Assembly (NCBI RefSeq): GCF_018350175.1
Contig: NC_058382.1
Location: 53,632,001-53,696,000 of the forward strand
Direction: 5' to 3'
Origin: Felis catus
Lineage: Eukaryota
DNA length: 64,000 nucleotides
Shown one piece after another: positions 61,881 through 64,000 of this stretch. How positions within the stretch are numbered: the stretch's first letter is position 1; each line of letters starts with the position of its first letter. The notes beneath the pieces were generated by a model. That model saw only the letters and a program-made list of their open reading frames with translations. It was not told the DNA's origin and made no database searches. A program made the position numbers and the translations under genes.

Positions 61881-63073
61881 TCTGATTTTAAAATTTTAAA
61901 TGCTTGAAGAATATCCAAGCTGAGGAGTTGTTGAGGACATATATCCTGACATCCCGATCGCTATCACAGGTTGAAGGTGGGACTAGAAATATTTAGAAGT
62001 AGACTTAAAATGGTCAACAGAAGCATGGAAATTGAAATCCTGATTCTATGAGAATTAACCAAGCCAATTAAGGTAGAAGTGAAGAATTCCAAGGAACATG
62101 ACCGCCTTGTAGATGTTGAAATATTTTGCTTCTTTGGGATGAAACGGTCCTATATACATAATGTTTTAGTTCGGATCTTGCGCAAGGCACAAAGATCGAT
62201 CCTGTGGCCTTCTTTGGCACATGCAGCCCAATAGGGTCAGAGACTCCACCTCAAAGCTCAATCCACTGAAGAATAAATTAGCTCAGATTTCGGACTTGCT
62301 GCTTGGCAGTTGCTAGTCTCCAAAACACGCTTGAGACGTCATGTAGGCCTTGTGGTTTGACACCAGTGACTCAAAAGAGTCAAGCCAGTTAAGAAGCATG
62401 ATGTGGATATAATATCAGGGAGGAAACCTCCAGACCAAATTAAAAGAATCCAAAGTCTTCTGTTTTTATTGTACGTGAGACTACTGCAACTAATTTATTT
62501 CTACATCATGAAAGTAGCAAGTGGAAAGTAGGAGGAGTTAGACATTTACCTTTCTCTTATTTTAATTACTCTCTACTGTATTAGAGTCTAGGTGGCCAAT
62601 TATATTGAGTGGTACAGTATCTTGTCCATTTTTGTAGCCTTAAGGCCTGTTTCAGTTCTTGGAACATCGCATACACTTAGTAAGTGTTTTTTGGCTGACT
62701 TATCGTTCTAAGCCAAAGGATCATAGGACGGGAGTGCTGATGAAATGGCTCAAATTGATCAAAATCAATCAAGGAAATCTTCCAGAGGGGATGCTTTGGC
62801 CCAGTTTTGGAAAAGATATGAGGACCCAAATCTGACCACATTTCCATTCTTCTTAATGTATTGAACCTTGCAGGAGGGCACATGTTGCTTGCTAATTCAT
62901 TTGCAGCCATGAGATATGATAACATAGGAGACAGAGGGGCTGTAAGAGGAAGTTACTTGTTGATGGTGGAAAATGTGGGGAAGGCAAGGAAAAGAACTTT
63001 GAGACAGAGTTAATCTTACTTCTTATGCCAAGAATCAGAGATCCCAAAACATGATGTTTTCTCTCAATGCTCG

Positions 63074-63140
63074 TACCTACCTACCTACCTACCTATCTCT
63101 CTATCCTCCATCAATCTATCACCTATTTATCAATCATCTA
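63074..63140. repeat. (TACC)n/(TATC)n degenerate tetranucleotide repeat
   Basis: Direct reading. Confidence 0.75.
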
Positions 63141-64000
63141 CTGCTTTCTAATAAGGAGAGAATACATTCTATATTCTCTCATAGATTTTCAAGATACACT
63201 TCTAAAACATTCTCACCCAATTGCTTAGAAAAAATCTCTTGAGGGAACTGGGATCAGGTGATGAGAAATCCAAAGTGTTTGACAAATACTTTCCATGGAG
63301 TAATCATCTAGGTGAAAATGACTCTAGATTTTCTTCATGCACGTAGCCGAATTTCGCTAAGTGTCAAAAGTTTCTTTTCTCTCAAAATCAATAAACTGGC
63401 AAGAAATTTCTACAAGCCTGCCAGCCTTCAGGGGGCTTTTCTCCTACTGGCAAAAGAACTCAGTTGAGGAAACCACTTATTTGATGAAATTGGAGCATCC
63501 CCAAATTCATAAATCAATTTCCAAATTGCAGGAAAAAAATATTACTTTTTAAATGCCTCTAATTGTTATTCATTATTCTAGGTCTGTGAAACTTCACCAG
63601 AGTGGTTTATTGATGAGGCGGCCCTTCAAAGAACATTATTCAGGCAGAGGGGAGTGAAATGCTCAGAACCACACCAAAATAATAGATTGCAGGATAGGGC
63701 ACCTGATTTGATGTTGTTCGCTTTGGGCTAAGTTTAAAAAAAAAAAAAATAGAAAGTTGGGTGTTTTTTTTGAAAAGTTTTTTCTTTGAGTTTCTTTTTC
63801 TTTTATTTCTCAAGTAAGAAGGAAAAAAAAATTATAGGGGAAAAAATTAAGGCAAGCTGTTGGAAAGAACACAGACACCAAGTCTGAGTTTACTCCTAAA
63901 AGCCATTTCCATGAGCCGCTGTGTGTATTTGTAGACTCAAAACTAGAACCTCAGGTCTGATGACTACAACAGGATTTCTAGGGACCTGGCCTGCTAGGCA

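Noticed and set aside
1..64000. Identity of host gene or locus
   Set aside because: No coding exon or other landmark recognised; naming a gene would be a guess

Overview
Mammalian, almost certainly felid (cat-family) genomic DNA: it carries many tRNA-derived carnivore SINEs of the feline SINEC_Fc type. I see no protein-coding exon or RNA gene I can support, so the window reads as intergenic or deep-intronic. Much of it is transposon-derived: 12 Can-SINEs (most with visible target-site duplications), a ~5.5-kb ancient L1 with nested SINE and MLT2 insertions and an internal deletion, MLT1/MLT2/LTR16-type solo LTRs, hAT DNA-transposon fossils (MER5, MER58, MER96B, MER81) and many MIR/L2 fragments. 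The unique sequence includes a CpG-rich segment with a near-consensus CTCF motif (~8.4-8.5 kb) and several repeat-free, homeobox/SOX/forkhead-motif-rich blocks that resemble conserved enhancers; their conservation is not verified. The most unusual structure is a ~530-bp quasi-palindrome (16478-17007) with 44-bp inverted arms around a complex TA/CA minisatellite. Repeat family names come from recalled consensus similarity, not from a search, and boundaries of old repeats are approximate. I found no convincing new biological system.
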